DNA of 63,989 bases, counting the filler, from Porpidia crustulata (lineage: Eukaryota), in the NCBI GenBank assembly GCA_964255105.1. It is 4 parts of 4 records of this genome, joined end to end, with 100 filler letters (N's around TTAATTAATTAA, not from the genome) between each part and the next. Parts side by side here need not be neighbours in the genome. Positions count along the whole stretch, not along the records: positions 16,534 to 32,933 come from CAXUWE010000260.1; positions 33,034 to 49,339 come from CAXUWE010000263.1; 2 more parts are not named here. One strand, given 5' to 3'. Positions 25,002 through 37,026 of this stretch are shown in pieces. The notes below the pieces were generated by a model, which was not told the origin of the DNA, searched no databases, and was given only the letters and a program-made list of their open reading frames with translations. Positions within the stretch are counted from its first letter, which is position 1. Every line of letters begins with the position of its first letter. The position numbers and the translations under genes were made by a program.

Positions 25002-26178
25002 TCAGCCAATAGTTCCAAAGTCGTCATCACTGCTTTCACTATCATATTTGACCTGGCGACTAGAACTCGCCACAGCCGAGGATCTAAGGCTCTGAGGTGG
25101 GACAGGACGTTCAGCCGGAACTTTGGCAAATTTACCTCCACGAGTTTCCTGGTTATATGTAAGCAAAGTCCGACGTTTTAGGCATACGGAAAGTATTTCA
25201 CTTTGCCCATCTTGAATTGCAATGAGTCGGGCATGTCATCAAACTGTGGGGCTCTACTTGAAAGAGTAGATGGAGCCTTTGTACGTGGATGACCGACGGC
25301 ACGAGAGTCGTAACCAGTATATGAAGCTCCCTTGGCGTTTCGGTCGGCAAAGTGTGCCCAATCATTTTGACTGTTGTTGGCATGATAATTCTCCTTTCTC
25401 CCGCTTGATGGTCCGTCGCGGGTGTTGACATCGTCCCCGCCTAAGGCTGCCCCACCGTTATCGTCCTGCGATTGAGATCAGTCTTTAGCCTTCGTTCAGT
25501 AGCTTGATCTCACGTACATCATCATCGGAGTGTGCGTAGCCATCGGTTCCCCCACTCGTGACTGTATCTCCCTCATCCTCATTTTCATTCTCATCATCGT
25601 CTTCGTCTTCAACGGATGGGTTGGTGTACAGATGGTCGTCAACACAGGCGAGGCATCGAGCGGCGTCAGGATTACGACGCTGTGCCTTGCTGAACTCCTC
25701 AAGGCCCTTAGTCTCATCGCAAATGAAGCAAGTCATCTCATGTTTTTGAATCCCAGTGCATTGGCGACATTCAATCAGCATGGCCCAGTCGGTGATGGTT
25801 TCCCCCAAGGCGAGATAATTGCGTAAGTCTAGGAGCTGCTTGTTAGAGAAGTGGGCGGTCTTTTTCAGTCTTTTGCAGCCTTTGCAACGGGTTCTGCAGA
25901 TATCTCTTAGCTACTCAAGGCACCATGGGATTGCCATGTATTGGAAGACTCACTGGCTGGGTATTTCGACATTTTCAAGCCTGGATCTCGATCAGCTTTG
26001 CCCAACGGTCATCATGGTAGTATGATTTTCAGCGTTGCAAATATCAATGGACAAACGCCTGAAGGGTGCACATCAATACTCACTTTCTCTTTTTTCCCTC
26101 GTTGTACCCACTGCCATAGATAGACTTTTGAGAGGCTTGCACAAGGTAAGGCTTCTTCGGAGTGTGGTTACTCGACAT
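25002..26178 (-). CDS. Stc1-domain (LIM-like zinc-binding) protein, multi-exon
   Basis: Spliced model MSSNH...YGSGYNEGKKRK/LENVEIPSQ/TRCKGCKRLKKTAHFSNKQLLDL...CRQCTG...CFICDETKGLEEFSKAQRRNPDAARCLACV, then an acidic tail; four CxxC pairs; stop at 25002-25004. Confidence 0.8.
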
Positions 26179-29092
26179 GATGACGAGAGGTATGAGTCAG
26201 AAAATTCAAGAGGCTGGCGTCGAGGGAGTATAGCTTGAGGGTGGAGGAAGGACGAAAGCACAAGAGGGCGGGATTTTACCGAGTGAAGCAACAGTGAAGG
26301 CGTGTAGGGCGTGCCCAAGAGAAGTGAAGTGGTTCTCATACAATAGACCTTGTAGGCCCAGAGAACGTGTTTTGGACAATGAACCTCAGCGAGGACTTCA
26401 ATATGCGCATTTAATTTTATAAAGAAGCTCTATAAACGGCCTCAAACAGTTTTGCAAGGCAACGGACTAGCACTATCCAGACTCTTAGCTGCTTAGAGTG
26501 GGAATCCTGTTAGAGTAGATACGGATTGCTGCTGCTGTTTTTGACTGCCATAGTATTCACTCTCGATTGTTTGCTCACCATCTTCACGATGTTTTGCCAG
26601 GTCTCCAAGCATGCATGTGCAATGCGAAACGTATACTCATACAGATACAAATTAGGGTCTCTTTGTATATGTCGTCCATCAAAAACCAATGAAATTATAG
26701 ATTTTGAAAATCAGAATAGATACACTTGAGTACGAATTCGTTGTCACATTGTAGTTCAAAAGTACTCTCCCACCTCCTTCGATCCAAAATCTTTGTCGGC
26801 AGGGGGTAGAGTAGGGTATGTCATATCGCGCAGTCTACAGTACCTTCGGATTAATAGTAAATGTCAATTCGTTCCCACAATTAATTCTGGGTATTGACAA
26901 TAGAGCAGATCACGTGCGAATCTTCCGTGAAGGTTTTTGGATCACACAACTGCAATTTTGGTAGAATTTTGTTTTATCTGATTACAACCCATATTTCTGT
27001 CCGTTTCTGATACATCACTACACAGCAATACTGCTAATTTCAAATTCATTATCACGCATTCGAAATTGTGAGACCATTGGAAGGAAACCAAATTGGAAGG
27101 GTACGTACTTTTACTTCTGGAGATCTGCGAGAGCTCTCATTGCCAACTTTGTTTTTACGTGAGTTTGACGTACTGATTGCGGCATTTTGTATCTACAACT
27201 GATAATTGTCCAGCAGGTATGGGAAAATCTCCCGACGCCATGACCTGCAATTGAATTCCCTTAAAGTGAGGCAGGAAAGTGTGTCTAAGCAAAATGTTTC
27301 CTTGAGAGACGCAATTATCGCGAAGCTTATGAAGGCAGTAAACACTTTGTATACCCTCTAGAGAGTCGCACTGCACTTAGAATTTGAATGATGGGTAACT
27401 GCATACCGAAAGCCCACTGCTCACACAAGAGTTGGGCAGTGCCTCTGGCCGTTCCACGATAGCAAAGGGCTGCAGCAGCCGATCAACGTCAAACTCCACG
27501 GATCAGCACATCTCGTGGCTCCAACATCCAGAACTTCGGGCTCCCGCTTTCCCCGGCGTTATCCTGGCGCTATCAAGCTTTTACACCAATCATGCTCTGA
27601 TCCGGCCCCCCCACGGCTGTCCCGCCAATTGGATAGTCAGGGACGAAATGATTCGGCAGGGTTGATCGGCACCGCCAAGGACAGGGGGGCTTCCTTGATT
27701 AAAGAGGGAGTTTAGTGCTTAGTAGCATAGGTACTCTAGTTCGGCTCGGGCCAGGAACGGCAGTGGTTGGAATTAAGGGGGCCGACGTATCCTTATGCTG
27801 TCACTGCATGCACGAGAGCTGCATGCAATGAGGCTTTTCAGGCTTTAGGCTTCAGGCTCTAATCCTAATAATCAAGTTCGCATCAGCTGCCGTCAACCTG
27901 CTTCCCGCCAAACACTCACATTACTCGTCTTGCTGGAACGCCAGAAAATCATTACGATGGATTCGTGAATTCATAAATTTATAATATATTATTAATTCAA
28001 TGAGTGATTCAGGGGCGAGCTGTAGAGCTAGGGCTGTTAATAAAGGCTAGCAGCGTGGACTAATTCTCCGCAAGGGATAGGCCGGAGTAGCAAGGTACAA
28101 TGAGACGGCCTAAAAGACGCGCGAAAACAGGAGAGAAAGTATAGAACTTCATAGTTTGAGAAGTACCGGTAACTTCCTAGCTCTGAGCCACCTAGAAATT
28201 AATGCCATAATCAATAAAAATAATAATAATAATAACAATAATAATAACCCCCCTGCTGGTCTGTTCTCCCTAGTCACCACTTACCTCTAGTGCTTAACCA
28301 CGTATCCATGGGGGCGCGCTGCTCTTTCTCCACCACTACCACTACGAGTCACTCCGCATCTCAACTTCGTCGGATGGTGCCCTTACTTCATTCGACATTA
28401 CCACTATTAGTTTTCATCGATCTTTGGATCTCCGACTCTCCTTCCGCAATACACCGCTCCTTTCCGTTTCGCTCTTTGACTCGTCAGTGCCTCCGAGGAA
28501 TGTGCCAAACCATTTAACGCATGCTGACAGGTCAGCTCCGGATCCAACAAACAGCGCACCTATTCACACAACGATTATTCTGAAATCTACAATCTAGTCC
28601 TCCAAACATCCTCGATCCTCAGAGTCCAAACAATCCCGTTCGTGGTTTACCAAATCATATGGTAGGAACGAGCGACAAGCACGGCAATCGGGAATAGTCT
28701 ATAATCTCCATTCCTGGGCACGTAGGGAAGTCGGAACGAAAGACAACAGCACGGCTACCATCAATCAACTCAGTCATAATATTCAACAATCGTCTTGATA
28801 GTGTTGACAAATCCTAATTTAATCCTGTTATCCTAACTTCTAGTCAGAAGTGGAGCCTCCGTCCGACTTGAATATCAACTTCAATGATCGTTGGAGTCCA
28901 CGATTATATCTAGACAAGAGCAGCTATAATTTGGAAGAAAGCAGAAGGCATACCCACAATCTATCGGAATGAATACTGTTCGCTTATAGAACTGCATCTG
29001 CAAAACAGCCGGCAGGTCTGTAGAATTGGCAGCGTCAAGATTTGTCATACCTCGGAAGCACGATTACACAGAGATAGCCTGTCGAGGAGAAA

Positions 29093-31665
29093 ATGACAGT
29101 CATGCACGAATTTCCTCCACGAGGCTCGTCCTACGCGGCCGTTTCGAATTGTCTCGAAGACAAGTTCGAGATCATCAAGGATATTGGAGACGGGAGTTTT
29201 GGCAGCGTCGTATTGGCACGTGTCCGTACAGCTGGCGCCCACGTCGCAAGGAGAGGGAGTGTGGTATGTGGTCTACGGTTCCCTAATACCGACGAAGACT
29301 AATTATATTTTAGGTCGCCATCAAAACGATGAAAAAGACCTTTGACTCCTTTCAACCATGTCTGGAACTTCGAGAAGTCATCTTTCTCCGTACACTGCCT
29401 ACACATGTTCACCTTGTACCGGCCCTCGACATCTTCTTGGACCCGTTGTCCCACAAGCTTCATATCTGCATGGAATACATGGATGGAAATCTATACCAAC
29501 TGATGAAAGCTCGAGACCATAAGTCCTTGGACGGCAGCAGTGTCAAAAGTATCCTGTTCCAAATCCTCGCTGGCCTGGATCACATCCATGCTCATAACTT
29601 CTTCCATCGCGACATTAAGCCTGAAAATATCTTGGTATCAACATCTGCGCCTCATGAATCTGGCACCAGCTTTCGCAGATATTCCTCTCTCGTAACGCCG
29701 CCAAGTACGCCACCAGTGTATGCCGTCAAGATCGCTGATTTCGGTCTGGCACGCGAAACCCACTCCCAGCATCCGTACACGACCTATGTTTCCACACGGT
29801 GGTATCGTGCCCCTGAGGTTCTTCTGCGTGCAGGTGAGTATTCCGCACCGGTGGATATTTGGGCCATTGGTGCCATGGCGGTCGAAATAGCAAATCTAAA
29901 GCCGCTATTTCCCGGAGGCAATGAGGTCGATCAAGTATGGAGGGTATGCGAGATTATGGGTAGTCCTGGAAATTGGTACGACAAGGCCGGCAACAAGGTC
30001 GGTGGAGGAGATTGGAGAGATGGTACCCGACTGGCGCAGAAATTGGGGTTTTCTTTTCCCAAGGTAAGCTACGTCAACTTCCAATTCCCTCACCATTGGT
30101 TTCTTACATATCTGCAGATGGCTCCTCATTCAATAGAGACGATCCTCCGACCACCCCAATGGCCCGTGGAATTTAGTGATTTCGTCACTTGGTGTCTAAT
30201 GTGGGACCCTAAAAATCGACCTACTTCAGTTCAAGCAATGAGCCACAATTACTTCGCTGATGCGGTTGATCCGTTACGGCCGAAGTCCTCCACGACCCGA
30301 TTACTAGGGAGAAAGCACTCCAGCATTGAGTCTAAGCCGCAAAGAGAGTCGATTGAAAGCACAGCAATTCCCTCCAAGTCGTCTTGGTTTAGGAAATCAT
30401 TGATCGGGAAGGACATTTCGCCAAACGTTTCCCTACAAACCACGAAAGTTCAAAATGTGTCACCACGTCCATCACCCGTACATGCGAGCACCATATCTGA
30501 GATGACAGTTAGCAATAAACCTAGGCCTTTTGCCAGCAAAAGAGCTACATGGACCAACGGAATAACGCCCAACGTTGGTGCACCAATGCCGATTCTTCCA
30601 ACTATACGACCCATTTCCCCTTTTTCCGATGCCGTAAATGCACAAGCACATAGCCGACTGACGGGAGATATTACGGGCCAAAATAGTGGTTCCACTACCG
30701 CCAATGGGAGTAAAGCCTCGAAGAAAATAGGCCGTCAACTCTCAGTCGCCTCCAACGGTAATCACTATGCCGATTACCATCGCCAGGAAGCGGAGCGGGC
30801 TCTGAACGGGAACCGAGATATTATCTCCCCCACAGGAGGACAAAAAGAAGGCTTCTTCTCACACCTTCGCAAGCGAGCACGTAGATTATCAGGACGTCCC
30901 CAGGCACCAATGTCCCCCAATTCGGATGACATCGAAGCTAGTGCAGGTTGTGGACCGTGGCAGAGCCAACGCACATCAATGGCCATTGACCCTTCAATGA
31001 TGGACGCAGCACTGAAGAAGAATACAAACGATCTCGATAGAGCATTGCAAGGTGCTCGTTATGTGGAAGCCTCGCCCTCCCCTAGCGCCCCGGTGTCCCG
31101 AAAGCCAAGTCAGACAAAAGTCATGTCTTCTGCGACCACGCTGGAGCGCCATCACTCGCTGTCGCATGAGCACATTTCTCGCCCCGTGGAAACCTCAAAT
31201 ACGGCGCCGGGCGCTCCCATATCCAGTCGGACGAGACGTGCCCTACACTACACCACGAATCCGACTCAGCGCTATGAGACTCCTGACGAGGAGGAAGAGT
31301 TACTCGACGAAGCTCTGCACAACATCCAGAAAGCAGAAAGAGGCTTGAATCGAAGGCAGCCGAAGACTGAAGACGAACCCTCACGCTTAGCCCAAGGCAA
31401 GGATTTCGTCCGACAGCCATTGCAACCATCGACTACCAACATGGCCTCTCTAAACCCTTACCCTACTCCATCTCCATCCGCCAAAAGGAATGGCGTGCTT
31501 TTCAACGACGAGATCGCTGCAGAACCTTCTATGACCGAGAACGCGAAGCCGGCCCGACCGAAGGAAGATATTGGCCAAAGATGGCCTACGCCACCGTACG
31601 AGGAGAACGATTGGGCCGCATCTGCAGCCGCAAGCATTTTTGCAGCCAGCTCAGTATTCCGTTAA
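29093..31665 (+). CDS. IME2: Ime2/ImeB-type MAPK-related Ser/Thr kinase
   Basis: IGDGSFGSV, VAIK, HRDIKPEN, DFGLARE, activation loop YTTYVSTRWYRAPE (TxY); introns about 29263-29313 and 30064-30117. Confidence 0.9.
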
Positions 31666-32611
31666 CATTTCCTAGTTGGCCTCGTGTTCCGAACCTACTC
31701 TGCATGTCGACTGTACCATCATCTTCGCGCTACGACTCATATTCTACCTCACCGCTTGTCTAGTACTCGGTGATACAAAGATCTCGTGGCGCCACTCACC
31801 GTCTGGCACGGGACTAAAAAGGGGCTACTTGGTGGCAGAACCAAGCTCAGCTCAAAAATTTTGTTTGTCAAATCTCGACCACTTATTCTTAACTTTGATT
31901 TTTAAGCTTCATACCCCCAGCGGCCTTCAATAGACTTTGCCAGGCCTCGCGTTGCCAGCTTCTTTCGATTTCTACATCTATCCTCAGCTTAATCAGATAA
32001 TCTTACAACACTTATGGCTTCCTAGAATGGAGCTGCCACATCTGCCATGCTACGGTTTCTACTTTTCTTTTGTTTGAAGAGGTTGCGCAACACATTCGCT
32101 ACTAGTGTGGCTTACCTAGGCTACATTGTTTTCCCTAGGAATGGGGACGAGAGGGAGATGTATCATATGTATTCATACGATCTTTTGGACCCCCCGGTCG
32201 AAGGCGAGGCTTTTGCGATTGCTGGCGCTGAGGTTGGTGGAGAGGGGGAGGTTGTATATAGAATGAGAGATTTGTTAATACTACCATCTACAACTTGTTG
32301 CAAAATTTGTATCCCTTTTCAAAAACGCTGATATTGCCTCACTGACAGATGCTCGCGAACAAATCGACTTACTTACGAATTTGGTTCGAACGGAGCAGTT
32401 TCGGGCTCCTCATACCTCAGACCGCTAGCTCCCACCTCGATGTTTTTTTCTTTCAATTTGGTAAACGATTCGATATAGTATTTTTGCTTTTTAGTTTTTG
32501 CGTACAGCGGCAACCGCGATACCCCCCACCACTGAATCACCCCGCCCTCCACACCATTGTTCAACCACAACCAGCAACTCTCGGTCCTCTTCCACTCCAA
32601 TCCCTCCCGCA

Positions 32612-32805
32612 ATGGCCACCAGTGCTTCTCCTTCTCAAGGACATTCCCACGACGGCCTCGCGCCCCACTCCCACGCCTTCAGCGCCGCCGAACATGGCCA
32701 CTCCCACGAGATCCTCGACGGGCCCGGCTCCTACACCATGCGCGAAATGCCCGTCATCTCCGGGCGAGATTGGAGCGAGCGCGCGTTTACGGTCGGCATT
32801 GGTGG
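32612..32805 (+). CDS. ureG: Urease accessory GTPase UreG, first exon only (remainder lost in gap 32934-33033)
   Basis: His-rich N-terminus ...AAEHGHSHEILDGPGSY..REMP...RDWSERAFTVGIGG followed by a GTAAGC donor just before the expected PVGSGKT P-loop. Confidence 0.88.
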
Positions 32806-33472
32806 GTAAGCTCCCATTTGTTCATGGAGGCACTCAAAGGTCCGGCTTCTTGTGAAGGTCGAGGGGGGGAAAAGGCTCCATAAAGAGATGGAGATGTAGA
32901 GGAAGAGAGTAGAGACGCAGTGTCTTAGCACGANNNNNNNNNNNNNNNNNNNNNNNNNNNNNNNNNNNNNNNNNNNNTTAATTAATTAANNNNNNNNNNN
33001 NNNNNNNNNNNNNNNNNNNNNNNNNNNNNNNNNATCGGGTATAGCCAAAAGCCACCTACTAACAATTATTCCCCCGGATACCGTAGTATACATGACCAAT
33101 TACACTGCACTTTTACTCAATGTTTACACAACCCAAGTCGTTGACTTCTCCCTCCTTAACCTGGCATGATCATGCCCACTCCGTCTGATTGCTCGTGTGC
33201 CTTACAGATAAATGATACTTCCCCCTCTCGTCGGGGCGCGCCGAAACCTCCAGGACGGCGATCCACGCAGGGTCAATATGGATACAGATGTAATACTTGT
33301 GGAGGAATGCATGAACGATGAAACTGCGCTACCCAATACCACATCTTCCGCTACCCAAACCCCTGCGATGCTTTCCGCGGTAAATGCTCGCTCAAAGCTG
33401 TTCATATGCATTGTATAAGATGTTGTATATTCGTGATAGTCGATTTCTCCCTGCTCATTCACCCCCGTTTCA

Positions 33473-36177
33473 TCAAAAGTCATCGTTGATGCCCTCGTCC
33501 CCAATCTGATCGAGCCGCTGCACCAGCTCCTTCGTTTCCCGCGCCACCTCGAACGCGAGCGGTGGGAGCTTCTTGGAGAAGTCTTTCCATCTGGTTGCGT
33601 CCCGAATGCTGTCACCCTCGACGCCGGCATCCAGTAGTTTGGATTGGCAGCCGGCGAGCGTGAGCACAATCGGCTCCGCCCGATCGCGAAGCAACTTGCT
33701 GTCAGTCTCGCTGACGGTGTATTGCGTCTCCGTCACCAGTTTGCCCAGGATAGAGGCCACCTCGTTAAGGTGCTCCTTCACAATGGCCGGATTGTCTTCC
33801 GCGCGGATACTATCCACAAATGACTGGATTGTTCGCACCAAGCCTTCGGTCTGATCCTCGAGGAAAGCCTGGAATGATTAGCATGAGTAGCGCATGTAAT
33901 CGTTGAGGAAGTTACCTTTAGCTCCTCGACCTCGCCACCATGTCCCCGAGTTGCATTCCCGGGCTGCAGAGCGGATCTAGCATAATTATTGCTTGAACTA
34001 TCGTTTAATGGAATTTGCTTTGGAGCAGTGTGCGTGTTCCGGTTGCTTTGTGGTGGGAGCGACGGCGGGGGAGAGCTCATAGAGCTGTAAACCGATTCAC
34101 CATAGCCACTCGTTCTTCCAATCCCATTGTAGTCTGCGGGAGATTCGTTGATTAAGCTATCCTCGTCGTCATCGTCAAGCTCTTCAACCGGGGTTGGGCG
34201 GATTTTGACCACGGAGATAAGCTCTACCACGGCAAGAGTCAAGTGTGACGCCGCAGCATCAAGTAGCGAAACAGGCGAAAGGCCCTTCGAGACAGCAAAA
34301 TTCTTCGATGCCGTGATGAGGTTATTTGCAGTAGCCGAAACCTTGCTGAGAAGCTTCATTCTTTGCTGTGTCAAGCTCTCGTCATTTGTTGGGTTGACAC
34401 CAACGTCCTGGGTTAGTTCACGAACTGTAACAACGACCGACTTTACATTTGCAAGTACAGACTGAGGTTCGCTGACTCGCGCTGCTCGGAGTAGCTCGTC
34501 AATGGAAACCTGGAACTTTGTGACATGGAAATCCCTGATGAGACCATCATCTTGGGTGAAGCCGCCTGCTTTGCCAAATTGTCCCATATCTGGCTGTTGC
34601 ATTGGGATCCCCAGCGATGAAAATCGCGCGGTCTTCAGCTGGGCTCGCGTTCTGGCATATCGATTCTTCCATTCTTTCACTTGATACTCTAGCTTATAAA
34701 CCTGAGCAATTAGCTCTTCCTCACGTTCGCATGTCTGATCGCTTCGCTTAGAAAGCACTTTCATCTCTTCCAGAAACCTTGCCGCTTCTCGCTTAACCTC
34801 GTTCGTGACTGTTCGCTGCTGCTCAAGTTCTATCCGAAGCCCCTCATGAGTTTTGTTCAGGTCGTCGTATCGACGCTTCCATTCACTGTTATTGTCGTCC
34901 CCTCGCGTAGATCTCTGTCCTATTTCGGACTGAAGTTGGTGCTTGGTATCCGCGTGATCGGCTCTGACTTTGGCGATTTCTGATTCCAGGTTGTTATTTA
35001 GATTGAGAGCGTTGGCCAGCTTACTTTCGAGATCCGTGCGCAACTCGGCCTCTTTGTTACTACTACTCTCCTGGAGCTTGCCCAACGCCAGGTCTTTCTC
35101 CCTGACCACACGCTCCAGCTCGTGTACTTTTCCCTGTAAATCAACGAGCTGTAATCTCTCGGTACCCCCAACATTACTATACGTATTCCTAGTGTCTCTT
35201 CTACTTCGGCTGTCGTCAACGTCGATTGGCTCATCGTCGTCCTCCACAAGAGTGCTCTTATTCGGCACAATCGTGTTGCTCTGGAATGTTTTTGGTGTTG
35301 GTCTGCCATAAGTTCCATCAGGACCTTCGGGTATACCAGCTCCTGCGAATACTTGACTTCCCAACGATGCATTTCTTGACCCATATCCCGTGCCGGGCCC
35401 AGGTCCTCCCCTTCCTCTCCCGCCTGGGCCTTGTCTCGTACCATTTGGCGTCACAGGCCTACTGCCAGGGCCTCGCATACTAGGAGCAGGACTACCATTC
35501 CGATATATATCATTCCCTACAAACTTTGGGAATCTACGTTCGAGCTCGTAGAAGACGTCTGTCGCTAGGTCTCGAAATCTTGGAGGGGGAAGGGTGGCCA
35601 GCTTTTGACGCGCTTGGTTGCGCTTCGGGTGAAAGTTGTCCTTCGGCGTCAAAAACGCAGGCACTTGGCTCGGCCCATTTTGCTGTTGACCTGCCGAACT
35701 TGCGCTTTGTCTTCGTATCAACTCGTCGTAGACATCGGTGCTTAATTCTTGAAACTGCACAGGCGATAGTCTCAGTAGCTTATCCCTCGCTTTGTTCGGC
35801 TTCGGGTTCCCCTTTTCGTCCCGTAGAGACTGCGCCAGGTATCTTTTGAGCACGATGTAATGTTGAGCGAGACTCTCTTCCATCATCAACGTCTTCCGCC
35901 TCTGCCCATCGGAAGAAAGGTTTGTGCCATAGCTTGAGCGGCCGACTGAATTGGGCGGTGAAGGATTGCCTGGGTTGTCGCTGGGTCTACGGTTCATCCC
36001 ATTCGACATGCGACCTGGACCACCATTCGAAGATCCGGATATTGGCGGCGTTGCAAGGTTCCCTCGGGGAAGTATGGGCGAGTAAGCCGCTGGCTCACTT
36101 AATTGGTATTTGGATATGCCCGACCATTCACTGCCATCAGCAGACACGGGCGAAAAGGTCCCGGAGCGACCATTCAT
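33473..36177 (-). CDS. SPA2: Polarisome scaffold Spa2/SpaA
   Basis: Two GIT/Spa2-homology repeats (KARDKLLRLSPVQFQELSTDVYDELIRR; QARQKLATLPPPRFRDLATDVFYELERR), coiled coil, C-terminal helical domains; intron about 33869-33915. Confidence 0.9.
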
Positions 36178-37026
36178 AGTAGAGAAGTCGTGATGAATCA
36201 AAGGTCACACCGTTGAATGACCGGAAGTACTACAACGAAGCTTTATAGCAATATGGTGTCCAACGACAGAAGGCTGGGGATTCAGGATTCGACGAAACGC
36301 CTACTGTATAGAATGCGTCCTGTTCAGAAATGCTTGGAAATCCAAAGTGCAGTAGCGACGGACATCGAAAGAGCAGGACGAGAATGAGTGGAAAATATTA
36401 TACTATCAGTCGGCTTGTCGTTGCGATTGAGTCGCCAACTCCTTTTGTATATTCAATGGAGCGCTTTTTTGGGGCTATTTAGGTGAGATTGCTCGGAAGT
36501 GACGGACGACCAATCAGGAGGCAGCCTCATAAGGCACAGTGATTGGGCGACGGTCAAGGTAGCGTGCTTTTAACGTACCTAGTAGACTATTGACAAACAC
36601 ACAAACAAGCAATTGCAACTTTCTTTGACCAATTGCACTGTGAAGTTCTTACGTCTCGATTAGCTGACTTGTAGTGTAATGCCTATTCTACGTGTCCAGG
36701 GCTCATTCCGAATAGGCATACATGTAGATCACCGGCTCGTGGGGCGGCAACCCCGTATTGCCTGGTAGAGGTGACTTCGTGCTGTCCTCTTCGCGCTCTC
36801 GTCCTCTGCAAATGCATCATTCTACTTACATTGTTGAACTCAGCGCACCCGGAAGCTACATGTTTGGGAATCTGCTTACTGTTTAGAGAAGTCGAACACG
36901 AGTCTGATCTTGATGGCATTGACTCGGAATTCAAGGCTCAGCTGCTCAGTGTAATCTGGTCTATCCGCTCACTCATTGTGAGCTTGTGGCGATCATATAC
37001 ATCTTATCTTTACAATGTAGCCAAAA

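Noticed and set aside
28208..28247. (AAT)n microsatellite and nearby AT-rich imperfect palindrome around 27960-28000
   Set aside because: Low-complexity promoter-region sequence; unremarkable.
32612..33033. ureG as a truncated pseudogene
   Set aside because: The truncation coincides with a scaffold gap.
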